Assembly (NCBI GenBank): GCA_024278275.1
Contig: JAJRTN010000125.1
Location: 1-49,196 of the forward strand
Direction of reading: 5' to 3'
Source of the DNA: Candidatus Hydrogenedentota bacterium
GTDB lineage: Bacteria; Hydrogenedentota; Hydrogenedentia; Hydrogenedentales; JAJRTN01
Length of the DNA stretch: 49,196 nt
Shown one piece after another: positions 47,387 to 49,196 of this stretch. The notes under the pieces were generated by a model. It ran no database searches. It worked only from the letters and a program-made list of their open reading frames with translations, and was not told where the DNA came from. Every line of letters begins with the position of its first letter. Position 1 is the first letter of the stretch. The position numbers and the translations under genes were made by a program.

Positions 47387-47670
47387 AACCGGTGATTCCC
47401 GCGCGCGTCATAGGCAGACTCGTTCCGGCCGCCACGCTGGCGGCCTTCAAGGGCGTTCCCTTTCTCATCGTGCAACCGGTGGACGAACACCTCCAGGACC
47501 GCGGCGCTCCGAAAGTGGCCTGCGACGCCATCGGGGCCAACGTGGGCGAAGTGGTGTTCATGGCACAGGGCGGCGAGGCGACCTTTCCGCTTCCGGAGCC
47601 CTTCAACCCCTCGGACACCACCATCGTGGCCATCGTGGACGAAGTCACCCCGGCCGGAGAAACGTCATGA
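47383..47670 (+). CDS. BMC-P vertex protein (EutN/CcmL family), copy 2
   Basis: A GTG start overlaps the BMC-T stop (GTGA). Motifs are IPARVIGRLVPAAT, FLIVQPV and VACDAIGANVGEVVFMAQGGEA. Confidence 0.75.
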   Translation: MKPVIPARVIGRLVPAATLAAFKGVPFLIVQPVDEHLQDRGAPKVACDAIGANVGEVVFMAQGGEATFPLPEPFNPSDTTIVAIVDEVTPAGETS

Positions 47671-47939
47671 AACTGGCGCGCGTTCTCGCACAAGTTGTGG
47701 CCACCCGGAAGCACCCCTTCTATCACGGACGCAAGACCTTCATGGTGCGGACACTCGACCTGGAGGGAAAGGAGACCGGGCCCGCCTTTGTCGCCGTGGA
47801 CCGCGTCCAGGCGGGCGTGGGCGACCGCGTGTTGCTCATGCAGGACGGCGGGTCCGCACGTATCATGTTCGACGCGCCCGAGGGGCCGGTGCGGAGCACC
47901 ATCGTGGGCATCGTGGATGCCGTGGAGATGACAGAATGA
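47667..47939 (+). CDS. BMC-P vertex protein (EutN/CcmL family), copy 3
   Basis: An ATGA overlap links it to copy 2. Motifs are MKLARVLAQVVATRK, FMVRTLD and VAVDRVQAGVGDRVLLMQDGGSAR. Confidence 0.8.
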   Translation: MKLARVLAQVVATRKHPFYHGRKTFMVRTLDLEGKETGPAFVAVDRVQAGVGDRVLLMQDGGSARIMFDAPEGPVRSTIVGIVDAVEMTE

Positions 47940-48688
47940 CGGAACTGGAACAGCGAAAAGCGGTCTGCGATGTAGGCCGCCGACTCTATGAGAAAAACCT
48001 CGCCCTCGCGACGGACGGAAACATCAGCATCCGCCTCGGACCCGACCGCTATCTCTGCACGCCCAGCGGCGTGCCCAAGGGATTCATGAAACCGAATGAC
48101 CTGCTCGTCGCGGACGGCGCGGGCCGCAAATTGTCGGGCGCGGGCAAGGTCACGAGCGAGTTCAACACCCACCTCGTGTGTTACCGCGAACGGCCCGACA
48201 TTCATGCCGTGGTCCATGCCCATCCTCCCAAGGCCATCGGGCTCAGCATCGCGGAAATCGATCTGACCGAACTCGTCCTCCCCGAGGTGGTTTACACCAT
48301 CGGCGGAATCCCCACCTCCGGCTACGCCACGCCGGGCACCACGGAAGGGGGCGAAGCCATCGTGGACCTCATCCGGCAGTGCGACGCGGTCATGCTCGAC
48401 CGGCATGGCGCGGTCACCGTGGGACAGGATGTGTACGATGCCCTCTTCAAGATGGAGAAAGTGGAAACGGCGGCCGAGTCTCTGCTCATCGCACACCTCC
48501 TGGGCAATGTGCGAAGCCTGGACCGGCAACAGGTGGAAAAGCTCGAAGCCGTTCGCGAGGCCTACAACCCCCATGGCAGGGCCTACACCGAGGCCGGCGC
48601 CGAGGACGCCCTCGCTCCGGGCGCGGCGAACACCCCCGAGCTGGACCGCATCATCGCGGAAACATTGCAGACCCTGGGCTTGGCCTGA
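47936..48688 (+). CDS. class II aldolase/adducin-family protein (rhamnulose-1-P / fuculose-1-P aldolase-like)
   Basis: An ATGA overlap links it to BMC-P copy 3. The metal-binding His cluster reads HAVVHAHPP...HG. The phosphate-binding N-terminal region reads GNISIRL...TPSG. Confidence 0.8.
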   Translation: MTELEQRKAVCDVGRRLYEKNLALATDGNISIRLGPDRYLCTPSGVPKGFMKPNDLLVADGAGRKLSGAGKVTSEFNTHLVCYRERPDIHAVVHAHPPKAIGLSIAEIDLTELVLPEVVYTIGGIPTSGYATPGTTEGGEAIVDLIRQCDAVMLDRHGAVTVGQDVYDALFKMEKVETAAESLLIAHLLGNVRSLDRQQVEKLEAVREAYNPHGRAYTEAGAEDALAPGAANTPELDRIIAETLQTLGLA

Positions 48689-48758
48689 TGGCGTTACGAA
48701 ACCCTCGGGATGTCGATCCCCAAGGCAATCTTCAGCGAGGGGGCCGCACCGTCTCTTT

Positions 48759-48781
48759 GTTGCGGCCATCTCAGCCGCAAC
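48759..48781 (+). other. perfect 8-bp stem-loop downstream of the microcompartment operon
   Basis: GTTGCGGC, loop catctca and GCCGCAAC form the stem-loop about 70 nt after the aldolase stop. No U-tract follows on the plus strand, so its function (terminator or RNA element) is unclear. Confidence 0.25.
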
Positions 48782-48883
48782 ATGCGAAACAGCAGGGCCA
48801 AGCGCGGTCCTATGGATGGGACGCCCCAAGCCCCAATTAGCGCAAATGTCCCGGGGAACGCCATGGAGAAGGAGAGGACCAAC

Positions 48884-49196
48884 ATGAGCTTTCGGTTTTG
48901 GCGAAGGGTCAAACTCGCGCCCGGGGTGACCCTGAACCTCGGCAAATCGGGCGGGTCTTTTTCGTTTGGACCACGAGGAGCGAAGATCACCCTCGGGACC
49001 CGAGGTAAACGCGCCACGGTGGGACTCCCCGGAGCCTGACCTGACGTCTAGCCGCCTTAGACAACATGGACCCGAGGTAAACGCGCCACGGTGGGACTCC
49101 CCGGAACAGGCATCTTCTACACCACGACTTTTCCGGGCGGAAGCGGGGCGGGCCGGGGAAGCCGATCTTCCGCCGTCGCGCCGCCCCCTTCCATTC
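48884..49196 (+). pseudogene. DUF4236-family protein gene disrupted by a 72-bp repeat-flanked insertion (3' end beyond window)
   Basis: A strong Shine-Dalgarno sequence (GGAGAAGGAGAGG) precedes the start. The N-terminus MSFRFWRRVKLAPGVTLNLGKSGGSFSFGPRGAKITLGTRGKRATVGLPG is a DUF4236 hallmark. The ORF hits TGA at 49037-49039 inside the first repeat copy. The family-typical continuation (TGIFYTTTFPGG...) resumes in frame only after the second repeat copy. Confidence 0.5.
48996..49105. repeat. pair of perfect 38-bp direct repeats separated by a 34-bp unique spacer
   Basis: ggacccgaggtaaacgcgccacggtgggactccccgga occurs at 48996-49033 and again at 49068-49105. The intervening sequence gcctgacctgacgtctagccgccttagacaacat contains stops in all relevant frames. 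Confidence 0.85.

Noticed and set aside
48694-49017. 107-aa minus-strand ORF at the window end
   Set aside because: It overlaps, in antisense, the DUF4236 N-terminus that has a strong Shine-Dalgarno sequence and a family-specific motif, so the plus-strand reading is preferred.
48996-49105. Calling the 38-bp repeat / 34-bp spacer pair a CRISPR array
   Set aside because: Only two repeat copies are present, no cas genes are in view, and the repeat is the coding sequence of a DUF4236 gene. It is kept as a finding but not annotated as CRISPR.

Overview
This ~49 kb window is GC-rich bacterial chromosome, most plausibly from a Planctomycetes/Verrucomicrobia-type (PVC) organism. Supporting this are a DUF1559 H-X9-DG prepilin-like protein, a Tat-signal sulfatase, a GT39-like glycosyltransferase and PVM-style microcompartment genes.

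The left third carries regulatory and envelope genes. These are a class-I methyltransferase plus SET-domain pair, an ECF sigma / anti-sigma / exported-protein module, and a REC-degenerate-GGDEF regulator operon with a BNR sialidase-like protein. There is also a 1326-aa PKD / beta-helix lipoprotein with a strong terminator, an AAE-family transporter, a YkoF-like protein and an aldo-keto reductase. Further right sit a GH3(NagZ-like)-LysM protein containing eight 48-bp tandem repeats, a GT39-like membrane glycosyltransferase and an MBL-fold hydrolase.

The middle holds a glycan-degradation cluster: a Tat-sulfatase with the CVPSR formylglycine motif, an ADP-ribosylglycohydrolase-fold protein and three 730-950 aa GH-like proteins, two of them paralogous.

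In the right third, a consensus sigma70 promoter in an AT-rich island precedes AraC and RpiR regulators and a RuBisCO-like protein. A ~9.4 kb operon with 4-nt start/stop overlaps follows. It combines rhamnulokinase, a TIM-barrel sugar isomerase, a stand-alone lipoyl carrier, TPP-dependent E1 alpha/beta, and a bacterial microcompartment. The microcompartment comprises BMC-H, three BMC-P genes, a PduT-like BMC-T, a CoA-acylating aldehyde dehydrogenase with an N-terminal encapsulation-like helix, and a class II aldolase.

Two genes of that locus carry in-frame TAG codons whose downstream in-frame sequence continues the conserved domain: the RpiR regulator and a second tandem-BMC shell gene. TAG is a normal stop for neighbouring genes. 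The window ends in a DUF4236 gene disrupted by a perfect 38-bp direct-repeat pair flanking a 34-bp unique segment. No rRNA, tRNA or convincing CRISPR array was seen.
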